A stretch of DNA of 64,000 nucleotides from Sphagnum compactum (Eukaryota): NCBI GenBank assembly GCA_965153455.1, contig OZ234493.1, forward strand, positions 31,610,213 through 31,674,212, given 5' to 3'. Made by a program: the position numbers and the translations under genes. The number at the start of each line of letters is the position of its first letter. Within the stretch, counting starts at the first letter, position 1. This document shows, piece after piece, positions 52,053 to 64,000 of the stretch. The notes under the pieces are model-generated. The model was not told where the DNA came from and ran no database searches. It was given only the letters and a program-made list of their open reading frames with translations.

Positions 52053-54589
52053 ACAGCTAGTGTGTTAGATACCCGAGACTTGCAAACCCTTTTACATTGT
52101 AACTTTTGAAATTTTGATATAGATTTTTTTTTTCCGGCCCAAAGTGACTCCAAATGAATATAAACCCTGCGTACAAAATAAGAATACAGTGCCATGCTTT
52201 TGCGATACACAGTCAATCTCAAAATTATTTGCGAGTCATATTTCTTCGCAACACTACAAAAGCCAAAAGACCAAATATACCATCTCACAAACATCGCTAA
52301 ACTCTGACGGTTAAAATCATTCCAGAACAGGTTTGCGAAATCCTACATTTCGCAAACGTTTAGCGACATTTTGCAAATCGCAAACTCTTTGCGTTAGATA
52401 TTATATCGAAAACCGATAGAGTTTTGAGTCGATTCGCTAAGTTGTAGCGTTGATGAGTTTGTTTCAAAACGTTTCCGATGTTTGTTTTATCGCAAATTCG
52501 TAGCGGCATCGTAAACATCGCAAAACGTTTGCGTTAGACGTTATATCGAAAACCGATAGATTTTTGCGTCTATTCGCTAAGTCGTTGCGATGTTGGGTTT
52601 GTTGCAAATAATTTTCGATGTATTGTGAATCACAAATCATGTATAGAAGACATTATAATCGGAAATGTTTTGCGATTGTTTCAGTTTCGGGAGTTGCGAA
52701 GAGCTTGCGATTGTATGGGTGCGAAGGTGAGGGTTTCGCAAAGGCTTAAGAGTTTGCGAGGAATTGTTGTTCGGAACTGCGGGTTTTCAAAAACTGTTTT
52801 CTTTGTTGTTTGCGATGATATTAGGATCGCAATATGCCCCTCTTTTGTCGTAGTGAGACAAAGAAATGTCTTATTAGTAGTTGGCACTAAAGTTCCAATC
52901 CCTCCAAAAAATGAAGGGGTGCATTTTCATGGATATGTTCATCTTCATCACCATGTTTTGCATCCTCATCTGTGTTCATAGCAAAAGCTACCCATGTTGT
53001 TTTTGAAATGGCATTTATGGTGTGTCGCATGGAAAGGAGAGATACATTTGTGTTTCACAATTTTAATTGTTTGTTAAGGGGAATGATCCATGATAACTTG
53101 GATTGATCATGGTTTTGCACAATAGTTTACTTTTTTTTTGGGCAGATTGTTATACACTTATCTACACCCTATGTCAAGAGCTGATGAAGTTAGTGGGTAG
53201 TCATAGTAGCTAGTGGCTGCTACTATTCGTGACGAAGGTGATAGTCTGACAGTTTGTGAGTTTCATAAGCTTATGACTCCATTAATTGTTCTGTTATTTT
53301 AAAGTGTTGTTTTGAAAAGATTCCTTTGCAATATCATAAATATTTGAACATTTTTATTCCTTCCAATTTTAGGGTTTTGTGAGAGGTTTTGTTAACAAGA
53401 TTATGCATTACAAAATTGTTGTAGGAAGAGGGTTCATGTTGTCCACCTTCCTCAATGCTTTTTACATCTGTTTTTACATCTTCTACTTGTTTATAGCCTT
53501 GATATCTTCTCACCTAAAGTCTATGACCATTGAATTTTCACATTGTCTTTTGCACAATTTGAAATGATTGATGCTCCGGAATGTGCAACCCTTACAGATG
53601 CATGGAAGGCCTAGATGGAGGAGCATATCAACATAACTAGAAAAGTTCCACTAGGGAATGTGAGTGGTAACACCAATTGGACTGCAAAGAAACCAAGACG
53701 AGCAAAGTTTGGCCTCCTTCTCACTCCTGGAACTCATGTGAAGCTCAATGTGCCCATTGGAGACTTAATTGACAAAGTTGTGAAGGACTACAATGTTGTT
53801 GCTTTTATTATAGGCACATGGACAATGCCATAGTGTGGCTTTTCACATAGGGTCTTGACAATATTGAATGATCTTGGTATTGATTATGAAACTCTAAATC
53901 TGTTGGATGAGGACCATAACCCAAATGTCAGGGAGGCCATCAAAAAGTATAGTGAATGACCCACAATCCCACAAGTGAATCCTTTTTGACAAGCAATTTG
54001 GATCTTATTTTGACATATATGAAGTTTCCTAGGAAGAGTGGATATACCTATGAACATTATGTAGAACAAACCTATTGATATTCTGAAATGGTATCCGTTC
54101 ATGAAATGTGGGCTATTTTCAAACATCAAAAGAAACTTTGGGTAATACATGTGGGTTGGCATACAATTGTTTGCAAGATACAAGTGTGGCATGTGAAAGC
54201 AAAGATTAATATTGTCCCACACAACCTTAACCCATAGTGGAATCAAGTTTTTGTGGTTAAAAAGGACAAAGTTCAAGGTAGAACCCTTGAATTGACAATT
54301 TGGGATGTGGTACATGCCTTTCCTTCTCTTGCCTCCCTCTGACAATTCTCCCACCTGACCTAAAGTTTGAAACCTTCAGTAATGCCAATTACTTATGGAT
54401 TTTCTCTCAAAAGGAAAGTTCAATGTAAACATGGGAGGAAGCATGGGAATCCAAGGATGAGAAGCTTTGGGTCCATGACTTATTTGAAAAGCTTACCACA
54501 TGAGATGAAAGTTTTTCTGCAGAAGTAGGGTTTGCATTAAAGTTCTTTTGTTATTGATGTAAAATGCAATTTAAAATTTAAACAATTCA

Positions 54590-55110
54590 TATAGAGATTT
54601 CAATTTTCAATTTTCATTATTCAAACATTTCAGTTTTTAGTTTTCATTATTCAATTTTTAATTTTTAGTATTCAGACATTTCTGGTTTCAGTTTTCAATA
54701 TTCAAACATTTCAATTTTGAATTTTCATTATTTAGACATTTCAATTTTCAATATTTAAACATTTCCGTTTCCAATTTTCAGTATTCAAACATTTCAGTTT
54801 TCAAATTTTTAAATTCTTTCTAAACATTTCACAAAGAGATTTCAAATTTCAGTTTTTAGTTTTCAGCTTTTAGTATTCACACATCCAAATTCAGACATTT
54901 CAATTTTCAAATTTTCAAATTCCAAATGCTTCACATAGAGATTTCAAATTTCAATTTTTAGTTTTCAATTTTAAGTATTCACACATCCCAATTTAGACAT
55001 TATCAAATTTCAAACATTTTGCATACAATTTTCAATTTTCAGCTTTTAGTATTCACACATCGAAATTCAAACATTTCAGTTTTCAAAATTACATTCCAAA
55101 CATTCCATAT
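54590..55110. repeat. Degenerate AT-rich short tandem repeat (ACATTTCAATTTTCA-like)
   Basis: Many imperfect TATTCA(A/G)ACATTTCA(A/G)TTTT units. Confidence 0.75.
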
Positions 55111-58100
55111 ACTATAGTACCTTGGCAAGTTTGGCACATGCCTCCCAAACAATTAATTAATTTTGAATATTCAATTTCAGAAAATAAAATATTCCAAAAG
55201 ATTTTTTATTTTCCCTCCTAAGGAGTTAGTATTTGGAATAAAATATTGATCATGGTCATGTCACATTGGGCAAAGCCATTATGCGATGAACTGCTTGTTT
55301 GCCTAATAGGAGGCACCCATTTTTTACTTATCCATGTATATATATAAATTAATGGGTTACCAAGGTGGTGGGTCGAATGCTAGGATGAATGGTTCGAGGT
55401 CAAGAAACAATTTTTGTTGGGTTCTAGTTTTCTTAACTAACCATGGTGGTTTATTTATTTATTTATTTGTTACCTACTAACAACCCAATTGCAACATGTT
55501 TAAGCAAGTTGTTAATATGTAGGTAAGAAAAATAACCGTTCCCTATTTATAAACCACTTACTTACTTAGTAGTAGCCTATTTTCTTACTTATCTATCTAC
55601 ATAGGCCTTATTTCTTACAAATTGGATTACCATGGTGAAACCCATATGAACTGAGTTAACACCAAATATTAATTGAGTTAATGTTCATCCACAATCGAAT
55701 CATAACAGACATCCAATTAATGGTGCATTGGTGGGTGCTAATTCACTTTGGTTGTATATTTGATTTTATAATTTCACACAATTGATTATTGAACCCTTTT
55801 CTCATAGATTTTAAATGTGCATTAGTTTATTATGCCATTAAAATCACATTATTGTGCACATTATAATCACATTATCAAATTATGGTGATATTTGTTAGAT
55901 ACCCATTGGGCATCACAAGAAACAATTAAAAAACAAGGGGTGTGTCACATTGTGGCCTTACCATTTACATTAAAAAATATCTTAGGGCAAAAAAATAATT
56001 ATGGAAACTCAAATATTTCACCATGCAAAAATATAATCTTCCAAAAATACTTTTAAAAAAACCAAAATCCTTCAACATATTATAACTTTATAACGAATCT
56101 CAAGTTTCAACGCAAACCAAAATATCATCTTTCAAAAATCTTCATATAAAAATAAACCTATTACCTAGGGGCCAAAAACCCTTAAGCTACTATATTCCAT
56201 AATGAATCTAAACACAATATCCTTGCCTTGGTAGGCAAGCCCAACAAAGTGGGGCATTTTGGAAATATTATGAATTTGGACAAAGGTTTTTACAAAACAT
56301 GAAATGTTTATCTTAATAATTTTTTTTGTTGGTGCTTTACAAGTGGGAAAGGCCTTGGAGCTAGGCATTCCAAAAACATTGGTGCCCTTCAACTTTGCCT
56401 TGGGTGTGCACTTATTTTGGGAAACCTCGTTCCTTGGCCATTACCTTACAATATTTTAATATTGACAGGGTTAAAACTTAGAAAAAGTTCAAAAACTTAA
56501 GACAACTTAAATTCACTTGATTGGTGTGCCCACTAAATTTTTTCAACAAAATGTCACAAACGCGCAAGCCTTACCCATATATGGTTATGTCATTCGTATA
56601 TATGTGTACATGTGTATATATATATATAAATGTGTGTATGTGCATGTATATGTTTGTATGTGTATATACATTTCCATGTGAATGTATGTGGATTTGTTTG
56701 TGTTTTTTTATTGTTTATAGATATAGAATAAATTATTTATTAAATAATTAAGTATGTGTTCAAAAGAATATATAGAGTTGTCATAGTTTTATAACATAAT
56801 GAATGAATTTGTTGTAAGTTTATGACATGCACATCATAGATATTTTCATGTGGTCGATATGGAAATTGTGTGGATGTGAGTGTGTGTTTTTATTTGTGTG
56901 GGTGTGAGTATAAATGTTTATTTTTGTTTGTGTGGGTGTATATTTTTGTTTGTGTGAAAATGAGTGTGTTTTTTATGGTTTGTGTTTATGTGGAGTGTTT
57001 GTGTGTGTGTTTTTATATAAATTTTGTTATGTAGTTCATAAATGTATAATAAATTATTCATTAAGCACATACATATTTGTATAGGTATGTAGGTAGAGAT
57101 TTATATATATATATAAAATATGGTTTTTATGGAACTTTTGTTAATATGCAAATAAATGTTTAGAGAAATGTTTAAATAGGTATATAAATATATAATTATG
57201 TTTTCTTTGTTGTGTGTGTAAAAATGTAATTTGTTTGTATGTAAATGTGTAGATAAATATTTTAATTAGTTGATTGGTTTGTAATTTTAATGTTTTAATT
57301 TCCTGGTTTATTCATTTTATGATGGAAAATTTTGTGTTTCTTATTTTTGTGGAGCATTTTTTATTTGAAATACAAATGAATCATATGTTTGATAATGTAT
57401 GTGTTTATACAATTTGTTTTCATTATATTTTTATTGGAAATTTTTATTTTTTGATGAATTTCGATCATATCATTTGAAATGATATGAAATGATTTGAATA
57501 TTGCAAGGGAAATAATATAAATTATAGTTGTAGTTTTTTTCATTTAAGAATGTGAAGAAATTAGTTATCAAATATGTATGTTAATTCATTATTTTGTTTT
57601 CGGGGTAGTTTGAAAATTAGTATAGTTTGTCGCATTCGGAACAAATATTATTTATGGGCAATGTTTGGATTACAAAAATTGAAAGATAGATCTTGAACTA
57701 AATGAACAAAAAATGGAATCTTATACATGCATGAACAATTGCAAGACATGGGTCAAAATATTGCATTGGAAATTCCAATGAATCAATTATATGAAATCCA
57801 AAAAAATACAAATTTATTTTTGCAAATGAGTGAGGTTTTCAACATGTGTTGATTCAATCTTCTATTTTATTGGTTTTATGTCAAAATTCCAAATGAAACC
57901 ATAAGTTTTAATTTTAAAAAAATGTAATAAATATTTGTTCATTAAAACTTCACATTAAAATGGAATTGTTATTTTTATTCATGTTGACAATAATTTGTAT
58001 TTTTGTTTGATGTGATAGGTGGTGGAAAATTTAGAAGGCATCTACTTGAGAAGGTGTGAAGATTTGCTTCATTGTTTTAAATATATATCAAAGGGATTTC

Positions 58101-58299
58101 ACAACTTTAGGTTGCTTCACAAATAACAGAAGCCATACTAGTTATTGTGAATAATTTCATCCAAGGGCAAGATTTGAATAACCTTCGATGGACCTCTCTA
58201 AAAAAATGCATGATCCAAAAGTTATTGAGTAATTTGTTTTGTTGTTCTTAATTATGCATACTTGATTTAGTACAATGATATTATTTTGATCTAGCACAA

Positions 58300-58775
58300 T
58301 GTTTGCAAGAATTACAAAGTTACCACAAGTTAACACAATATTACCAAGAATTACCACTACATTTATTGACCAATGGAATGCAATCCAAGAGCTTGATTTG
58401 TCATGGTATTCCAGGTTGCAAAAATTATTTACATCTATTGCCAATTGAATTTGCTCCAAAAGCTTCATTTGAGGGAGTGTTTAAAATTGCAAGAATTATC
58501 TATATCTATTGGCCAATGGAATGTAGGTCAAGAGTTTGATTTGTTGAGGTGTTCAAAGTTGCAAACATATTCACATTTATTGGTCAATAGAATGCGGTTC
58601 AAAAGCTTGATTTGTTGAGGTGTTCAAGGTTGCAAGAATTACTTACATCTATTGACCAATCAAATGCACTCCAAAAGTTTCATTTGTCCATGTGTTTGAA
58701 CTTACTTGCATCAATTCACCAATTGAGTGCACTCAAAAACTTGATTTGTTGAGGTGTTCTAGGTTGCAGAGATGC
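58300..58775 (+). pseudogene. Decayed NLR-type leucine-rich-repeat fragment
   Basis: Frameshifted units resembling LQELPTSIGQLNALQ.LDL..CSKL (e.g. LQKLHLRECLKLQELSISIGQ, RCSRLQELLTSIDQSNALQK) with stops. Confidence 0.7.
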
Positions 58776-59819
58776 AAAATATTGCCATGGATGGAATGAA
58801 TGTACTATATGTGCACTCACAAATTTGTGTATCGAACTGCTACATCCACTTTGGTAGAAAAGTTCCATGGCTTCTTTTCTTTCAGAGAATCAAAGGGAGG
58901 GCATCCTATCATGTGTGCCTTAGAGTTAGTTTCCTGATCCTTGACCTTCTTTTTGTTCACCAAATCTTGTGTTATTGTTTATGGTCATGATTTATGAACC
59001 ACAACCCATACCTGGTCCATGGTGAATATTTACAAGGAGTCTGATAGAATCCAGTCACAAGTTGAATACACCACACTCTGGAAGAATTCACCACTTGATC
59101 ACATTCTTTGGCACCTTGGCACAATCATTGTCCTCATATTTGCAAGAGGGGAACTTCAGCATCTGAGTGCTTCCATGGCAATCAAGAAGTCTTACAGAAT
59201 TCAGTCACAAAGAAGCCTCATGTGCACGTGATGACAAAGTGGCACATGTGATGACAACAGATGCTGGCTTGAACAGACTGGATATTTCTATGTACTTTCC
59301 TTTCTGCGGGGTTACATTGTTGTACAGTTTTTGGTTAATTTCTCGTAACCCATGGTTTCGGGACTTTTTGAGGTTGTTGCAGATGGACATCTTAAAACCT
59401 AAACCCATGGGGGAATGTGGGAACATTGCTATAGACTGAAATGCACTAGAATCATGCAGTTCCAAGGGCCTTGCAGAGTTCTGCTTTTGAACAAGACAAT
59501 GACATGGGCTTTGCATAATGATTTGTGTTCCTCACAACAGATGACAGTTGGAAATAAGCTAGTAGCTTCTTCAATGCACAAGCATGGAAAACAGAGTGGA
59601 GTTCCAGCAACAGATGGCACTTGAAATATGCTAGCAGTTTCTTCTATGCATCATGCAGAGAAAACAGAATGATATATTATACAAAGTTTCAGAACAGTAT
59701 TCTCAATGCGGCGCTCAAGCAAGAGTTTACTGAAACTAAGCTTGCTAATGACTGACATGACAAGCTTTAGTTACACAATAATGTGTCATGGGACATAGAA
59801 AGAATTTGCTAGCATGTCA

Positions 59820-62239
59820 TCAAGCAACCTTGGCTGGTTGATCACTTGTGCTTGATGAAGCTGGTTTTGAAAAATCAATGTTGCTGACACCTAATGGTGG
59901 GCCAAGACTGCACCTGTCCGTGTTATGTTGGGCTATTGCATCCTTCAGTTTTTGAAGCTGCCATAGCGACCGGACAACTCACAAACATCAGAGACTCTGA
60001 AAATAACCCTCCCAATTAGTTATTTTCTCTACAGATCGACAACCATAGCATTCTCCAACATTAGGTATCAGGGTGTCAGTACTACATCAGAATCTACAGC
60101 TACTCAGAAGACCTCAACTTTCTTAATCTAATTCTGTTGTGAACCATTTTGGTATCTGAGTAATTCCCCAGGTTTCATGGGCAATTGGTTTAAGGTGCAG
60201 AATATGGCCTTGTTCTTTGCTGTCATTATGTGGAAGAAAACTTGAAATCCTTGTGTATCCAGAACCAGTTGACTTACCAGCACACACATGATTTTTACTG
60301 AATGAGAAGCAAAATTGAATAGATTGCAACAGGAAGGAAGAACACAAACAACCTCTAGCCATGATTTCTATCTTCCTTCAGAAGGTAGGGTGGGCAGTGA
60401 AAGAAAAGTACATCTTGAGAATATATATATACCTGGGCAAGTGAGCAAGAAAATCCCTCCAGGCAGCCAGCAGCACCCCGATAAAAATGGAAATATGGCA
60501 GAAACTTGATATTTAGGCTCTTGCACATGCGCTTGTTCTCATCAAAGTTCACTTTCAAGAATTCCACATCTGGATGCTCTGCTGCTAGTTTACACAACTG
60601 TACACAATACGGATAAAGAAAACCCATCACATTCAGCAGCAGGGGAAAGGAAAGGAAAGGAAAAAGCTAACAAGGCTCCAGTTGTTACTGCACCTCCTAT
60701 CTATCCTCTAAGAAATCCAGATGCAAAACTAACCAGCTTGCTGAAAAACCAACCCAAAATGTTTTTTAGGGTCTAGACCAATGTTTCTTGCCAAACTTAT
60801 TTTGCAGCAATTCTCCAGAATAAAATTGTTAATATTCCAAAAAGACAGAATTCTCAAGAAAGATCTAAACCTGGCACAATAAAAAAACTAACAGTTATGA
60901 GATTTGGTTGCAATGACAATGAAGTGTAGGTGAAGGCACAGCTGTATTTGGATAGTTTTGTTCTTACCTTTGGGTAGAGGGCACGACAGGAACCACACCA
61001 TGTGGCAAAAAAATCAACGACAACAAGCTTTTCACCAGCATTGAAGAGAGCATCTATGAGCTCTTGTGTTGAATGGATGTCATTCAAATTGGGGCTGCCT
61101 CCTTTCTCCCACCATCTCACTCCGTCACTGGGGCCAGCTGCTGCCCTCAACTGCACCACAGACCTCCTCTTTTGATGACTCACAATAAAAACACCATGCT
61201 AATGTCACACTTCACAGTACACAATTGAACACAAGGAGCCAGACTAATAGGTATCATTTGGCAACTATTGTGCAGATAAGCCTGACAGGGAGGACAAACA
61301 CAGGGCACCCATAAGTACCCACATTTCTGCTTGATCTTCTCACTGGTTTCAAGGCACCTGTAAGCACCCACATTTCTTTTTGTGGCTGGGGTTCACAAAT
61401 TGAACAGGTGAATTCAACAACCCACAAAACAATTGCAAAGGTGGCCACCATGAGTCCCAACTTTTTTTGTGCAAAACAGATTGAAATTTTCTCAAAGAAC
61501 AAAATTTGCAGCTTGGCAAGATCTCTCTCTCTCTCTCACACACACACACACGATCCCTGAGACACATCCCCATATACCCCAAAGCTTTTTAGCTTCTGAT
61601 TCTTGAAGCAAAAAAATTAGGGTTAGGAAAATTTCGGAAACAAAAAAAACTGAACAAGATTTCTGCTCAGTTTGGTGTTGCACAAAGGAACATTGTTGCT
61701 ACAGAGAGAGACAGAGAGACAGAGAGAGAGCCTAGAAACCAGTGAGGAGATCAAGCAGAAAATTTCTTCTTACGAACGAATCCTTCAGTCCATGAGTGTT
61801 TCCCTTTCTCTCTCTCATATCAGTACTTTTTTCCATGAGACTGGAAATACAAAGGGTCTTATAAAACAAAGAGGAGAGCAAGAGCGAGGAAGATGATGCT
61901 CTGCTTGCGCACCTGCAATGATGATGATGATGATGATGAGCTCCTTCGCGAAGAAACCAGCTGCCAAGTTTGTACCAATTGAGATTGCTGCCACCTCTTC
62001 TTGCTCCTCAATCCCGGAACCCTAATCCTGGCAGCAGCAGATTCCAAGCCCCATGCACTCTTTGCCTCCTCCCATGCTCCTTTCACTCCACAACTGGTCT
62101 GCAGGGACGAGATCAAGAGCGAAGTCGACGTAGTAGTAGAACAAGAACAAGAACAAGAGGAAGAAGAAGACGACGAAGAAATAGGAGGAGGAGGAAGAAG
62201 AAGGGAAGAGGATGGTGATGAGAAAACTAGTGCAGGCAT
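59820..62239 (-). CDS. Chloroplast atypical thioredoxin, Lilium-type/ACHT (WCGSC). Exons 62239-61913, 61150-60968, 60597-60433, 59957-59820
   Basis: Ser-rich transit peptide, RWWEKG...[81 protein letters not shown]. All junctions are phase 0. Confidence 0.92.
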
Positions 62240-62530
62240 TGTTATTACAAAAGGCTACCGTAAACCCACAAGTACCACAAAACAGCTACGGCACCCAAGC
62301 TTGATATGCGCTTCTTCTTCTGCCAAGCTGCTGCTGTTGCTTTCTGGAGAGAGAACAAGAAACAGACAGAGAGACAGCCAGACAGAAGAGACGAGGGTTT
62401 CTACTTTAGGGTTTGCGGATTCGAGCTTTCCTCGACACGGCCCCGAATCCAACGCCGACAAGAGTGCGAGAAAGGCACAACAGTGTCGGAAAAAGCGACA
62501 AAAGCCACCAGAAGCTTGTGAGACAGACCC

Positions 62531-62561
<31 letters not shown>

Positions 62562-63889
62562 CCTCCCTAGGGCTTAGAGTTTAGGGTCTGTGTCTCTGTG
62601 TCTCTTCTTGAGCACCTTCTTCATGTGATGAACTTAAGATCTTATTGCAAATAAATTGCATTCTCGAATAATCTAAGTTCTATTTTGGGATGAAACACCT
62701 AAGTTTCTGTACCAAGTTTCTCATAATGAAAGGTGAGGCAATTGTCAGGTCCCTTGACACCAGCAGCCAGAAGAATTGTTGATCACTGAAAAAATAATTC
62801 AGTTTTGTAAGCTTCTGCTAGACAGGAACAAACAATCAATCAGACAATGAAATCCAAAGCCCAGAACCAAAGACTTCAGATTTCAGCAAGAACACAATTT
62901 AGGGTTGTCAGAAAAGGAAACATTTATATTACAAGTAGAAGTCTTCTCCACACTGCTTGAGAACCCTTTGCTGGTAATGGGATTCTTAACCTTGCAACAG
63001 GAAACCCACTGGTTGTCTCTGTAAACAATTCCGAAAGGCAGACAAGCTGCCAAATAAGATACAAACTAAAACTAAAACCAGTGTCTGCGTGGTACACTAC
63101 TGTTACAGAATCTCAAGAGCAACTTGTGAAGCTGTCATCACTCGAGAGCCCCTGGGAATAGCTGATGTAACTTTCCACCACAGTTACAAAAAAAAAGCGC
63201 ACCCCAAAACCCATAACAGCCCATGAACAATTTCTGTTCCTCTGGGACCAATGGTAGAATTTGAAGCTTGTTGAGCCAAAACGAATCCTCTGTTGCACTT
63301 CAACAATGTAAAGGGTGGTGCTAGAAAATGGAGTCAGGAATGTTCATACTCTCTGCAAAGCATTTGAAACAGAATTTGTTCAAAGCTGATTACTAAAGAC
63401 CCACAGCAGCAGCCACATGAGAAGTTTTAACACAAGATGCTGAAAACATCCAGGGTTTGTAGCTAAGATCTCTTTGACTGAGGATTGCCAAAAATGTCAT
63501 CATGTGGATATAATGATATAGCCGTAGCATATTGGCAGACAGGCAATCCCAAATAGAAGCCCATATAAACCTGTGCCTTCTTTGATTACAAAAGCCTTTC
63601 TTGACCTTAAATTTCATGCCTGCAGAAAAGCTGTGCTCAGTTCTCCATACAAATTCAGGCAAGCATCAAATGACCTGCTTGCCTGTACTAATTCCTTGCC
63701 CTAGAATGAATCCTTCACACTGACTACAGAAACCATAGGGGAGGAAAGATAGGTAGGTGGCAGCATTCTTTTCGTGACAAGAGGTCGGTCAGTCAGTAAG
63801 TTGGTCTCATGCCTCTAACCTAGGTGGAAGGTGTCCCAGGGAGTTGATGAGCTCCATATCCATCAATACATATGAACAAAGTGGATATT

Positions 63890-64000
63890 AACTGTCACCA
63901 AATATAGTTGAGAGCACCAGCTGTTGCATAAATTTGGCACGGAGCGCTGCATCTTTTGACTTCTGTTCCCGCTCCTCTGCTGTTAATGAGGCATCCTCCA
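63890..64000 (-). CDS. Probable coding exon near the 3' end of a gene extending beyond the window; product unknown
   Basis: Open frame EDASLTAEEREQKSKDAALRAKFMQQL with coding-like composition, and possible splice sites downstream. Confidence 0.4.

Larger units (their letters stand above)
44037..52855. mobile_element. Full-length CACTA (En/Spm) DNA transposon, 8819 bp
   Basis: Termini CACTACTACATA... and ...TTTGTCGTAGTG (reverse complement CACTACGACAAA). 3-bp TSD AGA at 44034-44036 and 52856-52858. TCGCAA/TTGCGA subterminal repeats at both ends. Internal TnpD- and TnpA-like genes. Confidence 0.95.
43700..53974 (+). pseudogene. GRXS16: GRXS16-like (GIY-YIG + CGFS monothiol glutaredoxin) pseudogene, interrupted by the CACTA element in its intron
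   Basis: Exon ending at 43941: GIYVMYDKEGDLQYVGLMRQVSTSLDIHLKE..LCGFVK, followed by a GT donor. Exon ~53558-53974: AWKA*MEEHI...LTPGTHVKLNVP...VVAFI..P*CGFSHRVLTIL...REAIKKYSE*PTIPQ, with stops at 53612, 53831 and 53957 and an acceptor that appears mutated. Confidence 0.88.

Noticed and set aside
12865-52855. Apparent chromatin gene cluster (B3, MOM1-like, SET)
   Set aside because: The SET lies within a TSD-bounded transposon, so its proximity to MOM1-like is most simply coincidental. There is no evidence of co-regulation.
62001-62570. 189-aa plus-strand ORF
   Set aside because: Antisense to the Ser-rich transit-peptide exon and 5'UTR of the thioredoxin; low complexity.

Overview
Eukaryotic, intron-rich land-plant DNA. 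It is probably a bryophyte (Sphagnum-like moss), which is an inference from gene content and scattered AAACCCT motifs. Host genes, all on the minus strand: an intronless TMEM87/lung-7TM gene, a four-B3-domain REM gene, a large MOM1-like gene (2 PHD, 2 chromodomains, catalytically dead SNF2 module, CMM2-like coil, terminal SIM), a WCGSC (Lilium-type/ACHT) thioredoxin, and a probable gene end at the right edge. Also present are a GRXS16 pseudogene, a decayed LRR fragment, a 3.5-kb non-autonomous Mutator-like element with a 9-bp TSD, and several minisatellites. The most striking feature is a complete 8.8-kb CACTA (En/Spm) transposon (44037-52855, TSD AGA) inside the GRXS16 intron. Besides a decayed TnpD transposase and a divergently oriented intact TnpA-like gene, it carries an uninterrupted SET-domain (lysine methyltransferase fold) exon. 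That exon can share an N-terminal Cys/His exon with the transposase by in-frame splicing. This is a candidate transposon-encoded chromatin-modifying or anti-silencing system.
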